Positions 18,775-28,599 of a stretch of DNA of 53,269 bases are shown here, one piece after another. Every line of letters begins with the position of its first letter. Position 1 is the stretch's first letter. This DNA is from an uncultured Bifidobacteriaceae bacterium (lineage in GTDB: Bacteria > Verrucomicrobiota > Verrucomicrobiia > Limisphaerales > JADLHS01). Under the pieces are notes generated by a model that worked only from the letters and a program-made list of their open reading frames with translations, did not search any database and was not told the DNA's origin. Position numbers and translations under genes: made by a program. The DNA is taken from contig CAZNOE010000002.1 of NCBI GenBank assembly GCA_964574525.1, positions 1 to 53,269 on the forward strand. The letters run 5' to 3'.

Positions 18775-19527
18775 TTACTGCGCGGAAGACGGATCAAACA
18801 TTCGGGAAGGGACGCCGGTCGGGGTCAACTTCCGGACCTCGGTATGCCCGTCGTAGAATACGAAACTGGTTGCGCCGTCGTGGCGCTTGTCGGTCGCGCG
18901 CATGATGCGAGGATCCGGGTTGGCAGCAGGGATAGGATTGAAGGGATAATCCTGAAACCGGTAGAAATCGTAATGCGTATAGCCTCCGTTCGCGATCTCG
19001 GTGCTGTTCACCTCTGCGATGTAGGCGGTGGCCGTGGGACGCTTGATGGACGGCAACTTGTGGGTGGGCGTGTAACCCGATCCAGTTCGTTCATCCAGCG
19101 AATTCACCACGTAGTGCAAGGCATGCTTGAACTGAGTGTTCGTGCGAAGGGTGGGACATTGGTAGGTGGGAATCTGGGAGAAGAACTGATCCTGTTCCGG
19201 ACGGTTGGGGTTCGTCGGCTGGCCCGAGGTTTCCAGCACCGTCGGCAGCTTCCTGCAGATGTAGGGGGCAAGCATGTTGGCAAAGAGGTACCCGTTTAGC
19301 GACTGATCTCCCGGAACTTGGTCGTTGTTGTCCCCGGCATAAAGGTGCGCCGCTGTCCCCATCTGTTTCAAATTATTGAAGCATTGGACTGTTTGGGCCT
19401 TGCTCTTGGCCTTGGCCAAAGCCGGCAATAGCATGGCGGCGAGAATCGCGATGATGGCGATGACCACGAGCAATTCGATCAACGTGAACGCACGCGAAGC
19501 AACAGAAAGATTCTCTTTCGCTTTCAT
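18775..19527 (-). CDS. Prepilin-type N-terminal cleavage/methylation domain protein, DUF1559 / H-X9-DG class
   Basis: ORF 18775..19731 trimmed to ATG 19527 ([44 protein letters not shown]). C-terminal [17 protein letters not shown] is an exact H-X9-DG motif. The upstream part of the ORF falls in the conserved non-coding leader. Confidence 0.85.
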   Translation of the reverse strand: MKAKENLSVASRAFTLIELLVVIAIIAILAAMLLPALAKAKSKAQTVQCFNNLKQMGTAAHLYAGDNNDQVPGDQSLNGYLFANMLAPYICRKLPTVLETSGQPTNPNRPEQDQFFSQIPTYQCPTLRTNTQFKHALHYVVNSLDERTGSGYTPTHKLPSIKRPTATAYIAEVNSTEIANGGYTHYDFYRFQDYPFNPIPAANPDPRIMRATDKRHDGATSFVFYDGHTEVRKLTPTGVPSRMFDPSSAQ

Positions 19528-19790
19528 GCTGACAGCCCAGTTTGCACTGCAAGCGACACGTGGACGTACGGACCGCAGCAGTGCATGATCTTCAAGCTTA
19601 CCCAGCACTAATGCCACAAGGGCGGCGGGTATTGATAGCTGCACAATGATGTAGTATCGGCCTGGTCGCGCCCGTTCCGGGAAGCGAGGGGGACTCGGCA
19701 TCACCGCCGGCGGGCACATGCTGGGCGACAAGCCTACAAGCCCGGCATCGAAACACGGCCAGCGGCGTACTCACGGTGAAGTCGTGATGG
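19528..19790 (-). promoter_or_regulatory. Conserved non-coding leader, copy B
   Basis: Homologous to 18440-18690. Core at 19632-19654. The hairpin at the equivalent position uses a different stem sequence (19543-50 tgcactgc / 19578-85 gcagtgca) and lies 16 nt upstream of the ATG. Confidence 0.55.
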
Positions 19791-19813
19791 ACCTCGAACG
19801 CTTTCGGGCCGAA

Positions 19814-20959
19814 TTATTTCCGAAGTTTGCACTTCAAGGCCAGCAGACGGCCGACCTGTTCGGCGCAACGCTCCAACATGCCGGGGCCACGTCGGGGCAG
19901 TTCCGTTTCGGCGACCGATTCTTCCAACGCGGAAAAAAACGCGGCGATGCCCGCCCGGTGGACGTTGCCAGCGTCCGGCCCAAGTGAACCGCAGATGGCA
20001 ATGACCGGGATGCCGAGCTTTTGAGCGACCCGGGCCACACCGGCCGGCGCTTTGCCAAAAATGGTCTGCCCATCGAGGCGGCCTTCGCCAGTAATAACTA
20101 GATCGCAACCAGCCAGCTTGCGTTCGAGGCCGATGGCGTGTGTGACCACATCCACACCCGGGCGCATTCGCGCCTTGAGAATGGCGTCCAGTCCCGCGCC
20201 CAAACCGCCCGCCGCTCCGGCTCCCGGCAAATTCGCGACTTCCACTCCCAAGTCATTTTGAAGGACTGCCGCCAGCCGTTTCAGGCCAGCATCAAGCTGC
20301 TTCACCATCGCCGGGGTGGCGCCCTTTTGCGGGCCGTAAACCCGGGCGGCTCCGCGCGGGCCGCACAAGGGATTATCCACGTCGCACGCCACGGAGATGG
20401 TGGTGTGTTTCAACCGCGCATCAAGCCCGGACACATCAATGCGCGCCAGCCGGACCAGCGCACCGCCACGATCCGGCAGCTCCCGGTTGCGCGCATCAAG
20501 AAATCTGGCGCCGAGAGCGCGAGCCAGCCCCATGCCGCCGTCGTTAGTGGCGCTGCCGCCAATGCCAATGACAATCTCCTGGACGCGGCGGTCCAGTGCA
20601 GCACGAATCAGTTCACCCGTGCCGCGCGAAGTGGTGAGCATCGGATTGCGCTCCGGTGGTTTGAGCAACGCCAGCCCGCTGGCCAGCGCCATTTCGATCA
20701 CGGCCGTCCGGGCGTCGCCAGTCAGGCCGAAGATGGATCGGATTTTGCGACCCAGCGGATCGGTGACGCGGCAGGGCACGGATTTACCACCGGTTGCAGC
20801 CACGATGGCCAGCAGGGTGCCGTCGCCCCCGTCGGCCATGGGAAGCTTGACGATGGAAAGGCCGCGCAACGCCTTGCGAAGGCCGCGCTCAATGCAAGCA
20901 GCGGTCTCGGCAGCGGTGAGACTGCCTTTGAAGGCATTGGGAGCGATGGCGATTCTCAC
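19814..20959 (-). CDS. Glycerate kinase (GlxK/GarK family)
   Basis: Motifs IAIAPNAFKGSLTAAE, IGGSATNDGGMG and VITGEGRLDGQTIFGKAP. Start chosen at GTG 20959 (VRIAIAP...), which gives the usual ~380-aa length. The ORF-track start at 21094 would add 45 non-conserved-looking residues, so the start is uncertain. Confidence 0.85.
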   Translation of the reverse strand: MRIAIAPNAFKGSLTAAETAACIERGLRKALRGLSIVKLPMADGGDGTLLAIVAATGGKSVPCRVTDPLGRKIRSIFGLTGDARTAVIEMALASGLALLKPPERNPMLTTSRGTGELIRAALDRRVQEIVIGIGGSATNDGGMGLARALGARFLDARNRELPDRGGALVRLARIDVSGLDARLKHTTISVACDVDNPLCGPRGAARVYGPQKGATPAMVKQLDAGLKRLAAVLQNDLGVEVANLPGAGAAGGLGAGLDAILKARMRPGVDVVTHAIGLERKLAGCDLVITGEGRLDGQTIFGKAPAGVARVAQKLGIPVIAICGSLGPDAGNVHRAGIAAFFSALEESVAETELPRRGPGMLERCAEQVGRLLALKCKLRK

Positions 20960-21249
20960 AAGCGCATCGTGGCACGGGATTCGGATCCTATTCCAGTTCT
21001 TGTTTTTCCATCTGCGGCGACAGGATATTCGGGCACCCGGACCAGGGGACAAGCCCCACTTGACTGCATGATTGTGCAGGTTTTCAAAGCTCACGCCGCT
21101 GTGTCAACCTCATCACCGCATGGTGACGATCATTCCCTGAGGTCCGTGGGTGCCGGAGTCGTGTGCGGTTCTAAGCGGTCTGTGAGCATGAGTGCGGAAA
21201 AAGTGTTCTTAGCATCTTGTTGCCTGGACGCTGGAGAGTAATCAGAGCG

Positions 21250-22647
21250 ATGAAACTCAAAGCAATAAAACTTTCGATCATGGTGGGCTTGACCCTCTCG
21301 ATCATCTCGCCTGCGATCAGTGCCTCAACCCGCATCCAAGAGTTCGCCCCGAAGCCACCTTTGGGTTTCAACAGCTTCGACAGCTACCGAACGTATTTGT
21401 CCGAAGACAAGGCTCGCGCCCTGATCGACGTGATGGCGGAAAATTATCTGCCCTTCGGGTACGAGTACTTCGTGATGGATGCGGGTTGGGCGAGGAATGT
21501 CGAACTGTATCCCGGGTCCATGTATCCCAGGAAATGCATCGGTGTGGCCATGGATGAATTTGGTCTATTGGAACCCTGCAAGATGTACTTTCCGCACGGG
21601 ATCAAAGCGCTGACCGATTATTCGCATAGGAAAGGATTGAAGTTTGGCGTATGGATTATTCGGGGCATTCCCCGGGAGGCAGTCGAGCGAAATCTTCCGA
21701 TCAAGGGGACTCCCTATTTCGCTCGGGATATCGCGGATACCAACAGCATATGCGTTTGGAATCAGGAGAACTATGGGGTGGACATGACCAAGCCGGGAGC
21801 GCAGGCCTATTACAACGCCCTCATAAACAAATTGGCCAGCTGGGGCATTGATTTCATTAAGGTCGACGACGTGGTTCCCAATCCCGAAGAGATTGTCGCC
21901 ATAGCCAAGGCCATTGAGGAGGGTGGACATAAAATGATTTACAGCTTGTCGCCCGGCGATGTGCATCATCCAACGCACTTACCCTACTACAAGCGGGCGA
22001 ACCTGCTGCGCATCACCCGTGACATCTGGGACGATCCCTTGAGTGTTGAGAAGGGGTTTTATGCTTGGGAACAATTCCAAGGCACGGAACGCCCGGGTTT
22101 CTGGCCGGACCTGGACATGATTCCGTTCGGTCGCCTGGACGTTGTCGCGACCGCCAATATTCCCAATGTTCCTGTAGGTCAGCTGGCCCGTCAGAGCCAG
22201 TTCAATCAAGCTCAGATGAAAACCTTCATTACGCAGCGTGCCCTGGCTGCCTCGCCGTTGATTATCGGAGGCGACTTGCTCACAATGGACGATTTCTCCT
22301 ACCGCCTGCTGACCAATCGAGAGATGCTTGCGTGCAACCAGAACGGCGTGATGGGCATCAAGGTCTATCGGGCCGGGAACATCGATGTCTGGCTCACCCC
22401 GCATGCGACGGATCCTCGCAAGGGCTGGATCGGCATCTTCAACCGCAGCAAGTCGGATCGCAAAGTCACCTTGACCAAGCAGGACTTGGGATTTGTCAAC
22501 TTTGAGGCAAGCTACAACCTCACGCCCGTCCACCGCCCGGTTCAACTGCGGGATGTCTGGTCCGGGGAGACCTTCACCATCGCGGACGATCATACATTCG
22601 ACCTTCCGGCGGAAGACGTGGTGTTCCTGACGTTTGAAATGCAATGA
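21250..22647 (+). CDS. GH27-like alpha-galactosidase-type glycoside hydrolase, secreted
   Basis: ORF trimmed to ATG 21250 (MKLKAIKLSIMVGLTLSIISPAISA signal). Motifs PLGFNSFDSY, YFVMDAGW, GLKFGVWI, IDFIKVDDV, MIYSLSPG, RITRDIWDD and WPDLDMIPFG follow the GH27 motif order. Confidence 0.75.
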   Translation: MKLKAIKLSIMVGLTLSIISPAISASTRIQEFAPKPPLGFNSFDSYRTYLSEDKARALIDVMAENYLPFGYEYFVMDAGWARNVELYPGSMYPRKCIGVAMDEFGLLEPCKMYFPHGIKALTDYSHRKGLKFGVWIIRGIPREAVERNLPIKGTPYFARDIADTNSICVWNQENYGVDMTKPGAQAYYNALINKLASWGIDFIKVDDVVPNPEEIVAIAKAIEEGGHKMIYSLSPGDVHHPTHLPYYKRANLLRITRDIWDDPLSVEKGFYAWEQFQGTERPGFWPDLDMIPFGRLDVVATANIPNVPVGQLARQSQFNQAQMKTFITQRALAASPLIIGGDLLTMDDFSYRLLTNREMLACNQNGVMGIKVYRAGNIDVWLTPHATDPRKGWIGIFNRSKSDRKVTLTKQDLGFVNFEASYNLTPVHRPVQLRDVWSGETFTIADDHTFDLPAEDVVFLTFEMQ

Positions 22648-22760
22648 AGCATATTGCAGGAACCTCGATCCTGGTCAGGCTGCTGCGGCAGTGGCAGACC
22701 CAGTTTTCAACCGCCGTTTATAGCAAATCGGATAACCAAGCTGAGAAAGTAAATCGTGCC

Positions 22761-25700
22761 ATGCAATTCCGGATAGCATTAACTCTCTTCACCACAACCC
22801 TCGGCTTATTCGCTACGCCTGCAGAAGTCCGTGTCTGGGAAACCAACCTCGTCATCCCCACCTACCTTGCCGCCCCGCCGTCGTCGGTGCCGCGCTTCTA
22901 CGAAGGACGCACCTACCAGGGCGCGAAGGCCACGTTCTATCCGTATCCCATTCAGGACGTGCTCACGGACATCAAGACCAACAAGTCCTACAAGGTGCTG
23001 TTCCTGGAGAACGATTACGTTCAGATCTCGGTTATTCCCGAACTGGGCGGGCGCACCTGGTCGGCGACGGACAAGGTCAACGGCTACGACTTCTTCTACC
23101 GCCAGCACGTCGTGAAGCCCGCGCTCATCGGCATGCTCGGCGCGTGGATCAGCGGCGGCGTGGAGTGGAACGTGCCGCATCACCATCGTGCCTCCAGCTT
23201 CATGCCGGTGGACAACACCACCACGAGCAAGACCGACGGCAGCGCTACCATCTGGGTGGGCGAGGGCGAGTTGCGCCACCGGATGAAATGGCTCGTCGGC
23301 CTGACGCTTTATCCGGACCGCAACTACCTGGAACTCTCCTGCAAGGTTATCAACCGAACGCCGTTTGCGTGGCCGATGCTTTTCTGGATCAACCCAGCCG
23401 TGCATGCGAATACGAACTACCAGGTACTCTTCCCGCCCGGCACGGAATGGACCGCCCAGCACAGCAAGCCGGAGTTCGCGAGCTGGCCCATCGCGCGGCA
23501 GATCTACGGCGGCAATGATTACACGCGCGGCGTGGACATCTCGTGGTGGAAGAATCACGACACCCCGAAATCCTTCTTCGCTTGGAACTACGAGGACGAC
23601 TGGTTTGGCGGCTACGATCACGGGCGGCAAGCGGGCGTGATCCACTGGGCGGATCACCACGTTGCGCCGGGCAAGAAGTTCTTCGAGTGGGGCAACGGCC
23701 CGGAAGGCGAGATGTGGACAAAGATTCTCAGCGACGACGACGGCCCGTATCTCGAACTCATGGCCGGGGCATGGTCGGACAACCAGCCGGACTACAGTTG
23801 GATTCAGCCCGGCGCAACGCGCGAGTGGAAGCACTGGTGGTATCCGGTCCGCGAGTTAGGCGGGGTGAAGGCGGCCACGCGCGACGCGGCGGTGAATCTA
23901 GAGGTGACGAACCGCACGGCGAAGATCGCGGTGAATACGACGAAGGAATTCAAAGGCGCGAACGTACGCCTCGTGCTTCGCAGCAACGGACGAGAGTCCG
24001 CTCTATCTTCAACGAGCGCCCTTCTTGACCAGCGCGTGGATCTGAGCCCCGCGAAATCCTTCGCCACCACCGTCGCGTTGGAAGACAAGGTGTCGCCCGA
24101 AGACCTGATGCTGGTCGTAACGGATAAAACGGGTGCAACAGTGATTGCCTACCAGCCGTTACCGGCAAAGGGCACGCCCATGCCCAAGCCCGTCGAGAAG
24201 CCCAAATCGCCGAAGGACTACGCCAGCACCGACGAGCTTTACTTCACCGGCCAGCGCGTCGAGCAGCTCTACAGCCCTTCGTTCGAGGCCGCGCCTTATT
24301 ATGAGGAGATGCTCCGGCGCGATCCCGGCGACTACCGCGCCAACACGGCGATGGGCATCCTGCTCTGCCGACAGTGGCGTTGGGATGAGGCGGCAAAGTT
24401 TCTGAGCAATGCCGTCGCCCGTGCCACGGCAAACTACGTCCAACCCAAGGACGGCGAGGCTTGGTATTATCTCGGTGTGGCGCTAAAGGCCAAGGGCGAT
24501 CTTCTGCAGGCTCGCAATGCCTTTGAGAAGGCGGTGTGGAATCCCGCCTGGCAAGCGCCGGGCCACTACGCGCTTGCCGAAATCGCATGCCAGAATGGCT
24601 TGTTCCAAGCGGCCCGAGATCATGCCGAGCGCGCCTTCCGCTCCGGAGGCAGTGTCAGCGCAGCGGGTTTGTGCGCGGCGATCTGCCGGCGCTTGGGCGA
24701 AACCGAGGCAAGCCTCCGGTGGGCTGATGCGGCCCTTCAGAACGACCCGCTCGACCTGCTCGCACAGGACGTGATCAAACAAACCTCGACCATGACCAAC
24801 CTGCCTGCTCAGGGAGCTCAGGCAGGCGCTCAACTGGACCGACTATTGGAGGGGAAACCCGATTCCTGCCTCGAACTCGCCGCGATTTACCAAAGGGCTG
24901 GACTGTGGGAGGAAGCCCTGCAGGTGATGCAGCATTTCTCGAAAGTGCACTCAGGCATGACGCGCAGCGAAATCCTTCTCGACCACATGGCCTACTACCA
25001 ACGCCGCTCCAAGCCGCTTGATGCGGGGGCCATGGGTTCGGCTGGCGAGCCCGGGGGCTTCCCATTTCAGTGGGAGTCCATCCCCGTTCTCGAAGAAGCG
25101 TTGAAGCACCCTCAGAAGGCGCGGCACGCAGCTTATGACCTCGGCTGTCTCCTTTACGACAACCAGCCGGAGAACGCCATCAAGGCTTGGGAGGAATCAC
25201 GCCGGCGCGATGACAAATTCGCGCTCACGCACCGCAACCTCGGCCTCGCCTATGCGCAGCATGAGAAGAACATTCCCAAAGCCATTGCCAGCCTGGAGCA
25301 GGCCATCGAACTGAACCCGGCCGAGCCGCGGTTCTTCTACGAACTCGACGCGCAATACGAAGCCGCTGGCACACCCGTGGCCAAGCGTCTGGAGATGCTC
25401 ACGAAGCACCACGACACGGTGGCCAAACGCGACGACGCCCTCACGCGCGAGATCGTGTTGCTCACCGCCACGGGTCGGGCCGACCGCGCGCTCGAATTGC
25501 TCCGGGGCCGGCGCTTTCGCAACTGGGAAGGGAGCAGCCAGACTCACAGCGTCTATGTGGACGCCTGCGTCACGCAAGGTCTGACGTTAGCTGCGGATAA
25601 AAAACCTCGCGAAGCGCTCGCCATCTACAAGGCTGCTCTGGAATATCCGGAGAATCTGGAGGTCGGTCGGGCCCGGCGTTCGCCGCGAAACGCACGGGTT

Positions 25701-26153
25701 CAGTTCTTCATCGGCACGGCTCACGAGGCGCTCGGCGACGCGGTCTCAGCCCGAGCCGCCTTCGAACAGGCGGTGAAAGACGCGGCCACAGCCAAAGTCG
25801 CTTCCGAACGGTCGCTGGCAGGACGGATCGATAGCGATTACGAATCCGATTACTTCGGCGCGCGGGCCTTGCAGAACCTCGGTCGCAAGGACGAAGCCAA
25901 ACCCATCTTTAAAGCCTTGGTCAAGATCGGCGAAGAACAGCTTGCGAAAGGCGAAGGCCCGGACTACTTCGCCAAGTTTGGCGAGAAGACGAGCGAGCGG
26001 GTGCGACAGGCCAACGCGCATTACCTCATCGGTTTGGGGCAGCTTGGCTTGGGTGAGAAAAAGAAGGCCAATGCCTCCTTCCAGCAGGCGCTGCAGTTGC
26101 ATCCCGCCCATCTCGGAGCGCGAGAACAATCCCATGCGAGCAATGCGCGATGA
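22761..26153 (+). CDS. DUF5107-type domain protein with long C-terminal TPR region, secreted
   Basis: ORF trimmed to ATG 22761 (MQFRIALTLFTTTLGLFA signal). LFLENDYVQISVIPELGGRTWSATDKVNGYDFFYRQHVVKPALIG...GGVEWNVPHHHR matches my recollection of DUF5107. The TPR-like repeats include e.g. AWYYLGVALKAKGDLLQARNAFEKAV. Confidence 0.65.
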   Translation: MQFRIALTLFTTTLGLFATPAEVRVWETNLVIPTYLAAPPSSVPRFYEGRTYQGAKATFYPYPIQDVLTDIKTNKSYKVLFLENDYVQISVIPELGGRTWSATDKVNGYDFFYRQHVVKPALIGMLGAWISGGVEWNVPHHHRASSFMPVDNTTTSKTDGSATIWVGEGELRHRMKWLVGLTLYPDRNYLELSCKVINRTPFAWPMLFWINPAVHANTNYQVLFPPGTEWTAQHSKPEFASWPIARQIYGGNDYTRGVDISWWKNHDTPKSFFAWNYEDDWFGGYDHGRQAGVIHWADHHVAPGKKFFEWGNGPEGEMWTKILSDDDGPYLELMAGAWSDNQPDYSWIQPGATREWKHWWYPVRELGGVKAATRDAAVNLEVTNRTAKIAVNTTKEFKGANVRLVLRSNGRESALSSTSALLDQRVDLSPAKSFATTVALEDKVSPEDLMLVVTDKTGATVIAYQPLPAKGTPMPKPVEKPKSPKDYASTDELYFTGQRVEQLYSPSFEAAPYYEEMLRRDPGDYRANTAMGILLCRQWRWDEAAKFLSNAVARATANYVQPKDGEAWYYLGVALKAKGDLLQARNAFEKAVWNPAWQAPGHYALAEIACQNGLFQAARDHAERAFRSGGSVSAAGLCAAICRRLGETEASLRWADAALQNDPLDLLAQDVIKQTSTMTNLPAQGAQAGAQLDRLLEGKPDSCLELAAIYQRAGLWEEALQVMQHFSKVHSGMTRSEILLDHMAYYQRRSKPLDAGAMGSAGEPGGFPFQWESIPVLEEALKHPQKARHAAYDLGCLLYDNQPENAIKAWEESRRRDDKFALTHRNLGLAYAQHEKNIPKAIASLEQAIELNPAEPRFFYELDAQYEAAGTPVAKRLEMLTKHHDTVAKRDDALTREIVLLTATGRADRALELLRGRRFRNWEGSSQTHSVYVDACVTQGLTLAADKKPREALAIYKAALEYPENLEVGRARRSPRNARVQFFIGTAHEALGDAVSARAAFEQAVKDAATAKVASERSLAGRIDSDYESDYFGARALQNLGRKDEAKPIFKALVKIGEEQLAKGEGPDYFAKFGEKTSERVRQANAHYLIGLGQLGLGEKKKANASFQQALQLHPAHLGAREQSHASNAR

Positions 26154-26211
26154 TTCCCGGCAACCGGGTCGTCAGCTTGCGGCGCGCGGTTGCCGCTCTT
26201 TATTTGACGCT

Positions 26212-27576
26212 ATGAAAAAGTACTTCCAGTCCGCCATGATTTGTTTGCTCACCTGGCCGCTGCTTGCCGCCGCGCCCGCCGAGAGGACGGCACTGGCTTA
26301 CTGGCCGCAATGGCGCGGCCCGCTGGCTTCCGGTGTCGCGCCGCAAGCCGATCCTCCGCTGACCTGGAGCGAAACCAAAAACGTCCGTTGGAAGGTGAAG
26401 ATCCCGGGCGCCGGCACAGCCACGCCCATCCTCTGGGAAAACAAGCTCTTCATCCTGACCGCCGTCCCGACCGGGCGTAAACTCGATCCAGCAGAGGCCG
26501 CGGCGCGTAAAGCCGCCCTCGCGACGCTCCCCAGCGGCGGGACGCGCGAAGTCTCGCCCAACGTGAATCCGCCCCAGGACTTTTTCCGTTTCATGGTACT
26601 GTGCCTGGACCGGCCAACGGGAAAGACCCTCTGGGAAAAAGTCGCTTGCGAGGAAGCGCCCCATGAAGGGCATCATCGCAACCACGGTTACGCCTCCGCT
26701 TCACCGGTCACGGATGGAGCGCATCTGATCGTGTCGTTTGGCTCGCGCGGCCTTTACTGTTACGACCTGGCCGGCGGCCTGGTATGGAAGAAGGACCCCG
26801 GCAAACTGTTCACGAGAAAATCGTTTGGCGAGGGTTCTTCCCCGGCGTTGCACGGCGACACCGTCGTGCTCGTGCGGGATCACGAGGAAGAGGATGTTCT
26901 GCTGGCCTTCGACAAGAAGGACGGTCGGGAACTGTGGCGCACGCGCCGCGACGAACCGACGTCCTGGAGCACGCCACTGATTGTCGAGCATGGCGGGCGG
27001 GCGCAGGTGCTGGTCGCCTCCTCGAGTGGATTGAGAGGATACGATCTCAAGGACGGGCGCGAACTCTGGTCGGGACCGGCGTTGACGGAAAGCGTGATCC
27101 CCAGCCCGGTGCATGCCAATGGTGTGGTGTTCGCGATGAGCGATTACCAAAAGAAAGTGCTCTATGCGATCCGGCTCGGGAAGACGGGCGCCCTGGCCGG
27201 CACCGATGCCGTGCTGTGGAATTACAGCCGCTATGCGCCGTACGTGTCCTCGCCGCTCGTCGTGGACGATTTGATTTATTTCGGCTCGAACGCCAGTGGA
27301 CGGTTGACGTGCCTGAACGCGCGCACAGGCGAACCGCACTTCGAAGCCGAGAGCATCCCGGGCTTGCAGAACCTCTACGCCTCGCCGGTGGCGGCGAAGG
27401 ATCGCGTGTACGTGCTCAGTCGCGAAGGCGCCTGCGTGGTCCTCAAGCTAGGGCCCAAGCTCGAAGTCTTGGCGACGAACGCGCTCGAAGAGAAAACCGA
27501 CGCTTCGATGGTCCTGGCCGGGAAAGACGTTTTCATCCGCGGGCAGACGCATTTCTACCGCATCGCCGAGAACTAA
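26212..27576 (+). CDS. PQQ-like / BamB-like beta-propeller repeat protein, secreted
   Basis: ORF trimmed to ATG 26212 (MKKYFQSAMICLLTWPLLAA signal). WPQWRGP follows just after the signal. Repeated short beta-strand/W blades (LWEK, LVWKK, ELWRT, ELWSG). Confidence 0.7.
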   Translation: MKKYFQSAMICLLTWPLLAAAPAERTALAYWPQWRGPLASGVAPQADPPLTWSETKNVRWKVKIPGAGTATPILWENKLFILTAVPTGRKLDPAEAAARKAALATLPSGGTREVSPNVNPPQDFFRFMVLCLDRPTGKTLWEKVACEEAPHEGHHRNHGYASASPVTDGAHLIVSFGSRGLYCYDLAGGLVWKKDPGKLFTRKSFGEGSSPALHGDTVVLVRDHEEEDVLLAFDKKDGRELWRTRRDEPTSWSTPLIVEHGGRAQVLVASSSGLRGYDLKDGRELWSGPALTESVIPSPVHANGVVFAMSDYQKKVLYAIRLGKTGALAGTDAVLWNYSRYAPYVSSPLVVDDLIYFGSNASGRLTCLNARTGEPHFEAESIPGLQNLYASPVAAKDRVYVLSREGACVVLKLGPKLEVLATNALEEKTDASMVLAGKDVFIRGQTHFYRIAEN

Positions 27577-27585
27577 CGTCCGGGC

Positions 27586-28578
27586 TCAAAACGCATCGGC
27601 GTCGCGGTAGGCCTGAATGACGGCTTGTTCGCCGGGCTTTCCCGGTTGGGAGTTGCCGTGTTCCATGCCGATGACGAAGTCGCGGTTCTCCCGCTTGCTC
27701 CGGTCGTGGATGTATTTAAAAACACTCCGATAGTTTATCTCGCCCGTGCCCGGCTCCTTGCGACCCGGATTGTCGCCAGCTTGGAAATAGGCGATTTCGT
27801 CCCAGCAGCGCTCGATGTTCGGGATCAAGTTTCCTTCGGTGATTTGCTGGTGATAGATGTCGAACAGCATTTTGCAGGACGGGCTGTTGACCGCCTTGCA
27901 GATGGCGTAGGCCTGCGGGGAGTGGCGCAGGAACACGCCGCCATGGTTGGTTTCCCAATTGAGGGATTCGAGCACCATCGTGAGCTTGTGCGGCTCGAGG
28001 ATTGCGGCGCAGCGTCGTAGCAACTCGATGACATTCGCGGTCTGATAACCTTCCGCAAGCCGCGCGCCGCCGTATTTGTTCCACTTGTCGTTCTGGGCCT
28101 GCTGGTCCACCGACCCGGGCACAACCGTGAACCACTGTGCGCCCACACGTTTCGCAACGTCCACCGCGTCGCGAATCTTTTTCAAAGCCTCCTCGCGCTT
28201 TTCTTCGTTGGTGGTGGCGAACACCGGCTCGTCGAAATTGGCATACGCGACGAACACGCCCATCTTCATGCCCAGGTCGCTAAGGGTCTTGCCGATTTTC
28301 TCCTGCATCTCGGGCGACTGACCGGGCAACCCATTGTCTTCCCAACCCGTGAAACCCTGGTCGGCGGCGAACTTGATCTGGTCAATCACATTGTCACCCG
28401 CGCTGGCCTTGAACATGCCCGGATGCGGCCCGTAGCGGAGTTTGAACTTTGGAGATTGTCCAGCAGCGTTCTGGGCACGCGCGCGAAACGTCGGTCCAAG
28501 GAAGAGGCCGGTGGCGGCGGTGAGAATCGCCGTGCGGGAAATGAAACTGCGGCGGTTCAGTAGATTGGTGTTGTTCAT
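27586..28578 (-). CDS. Hydroxypyruvate-isomerase-like (Hyi/OtnI-type) xylose-isomerase-fold TIM barrel with Tat signal
   Basis: N-terminus MNNTNLLNRRSFISRTAILTAATG (RRxFI Tat motif). QGFTGWEDNG and IAYFQAGDNPGRKEPGTGEINYRSVFKYI closely resemble the Hyi-family C-terminal signature. Confidence 0.8.
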   Translation of the reverse strand: MNNTNLLNRRSFISRTAILTAATGLFLGPTFRARAQNAAGQSPKFKLRYGPHPGMFKASAGDNVIDQIKFAADQGFTGWEDNGLPGQSPEMQEKIGKTLSDLGMKMGVFVAYANFDEPVFATTNEEKREEALKKIRDAVDVAKRVGAQWFTVVPGSVDQQAQNDKWNKYGGARLAEGYQTANVIELLRRCAAILEPHKLTMVLESLNWETNHGGVFLRHSPQAYAICKAVNSPSCKMLFDIYHQQITEGNLIPNIERCWDEIAYFQAGDNPGRKEPGTGEINYRSVFKYIHDRSKRENRDFVIGMEHGNSQPGKPGEQAVIQAYRDADAF

Positions 28579-28599
28579 AGAGCGAGTGTGTTCATTGGG

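Noticed and set aside
26154-26211. Short hairpins (cccgg-caa-ccggg; gcggc-N8-gccgc followed by tctttattt) as a terminator between the DUF5107/TPR gene and the beta-propeller gene.
   Set aside because: The stems are only 5 bp and the genes look co-oriented and co-functional, which is too weak to call.
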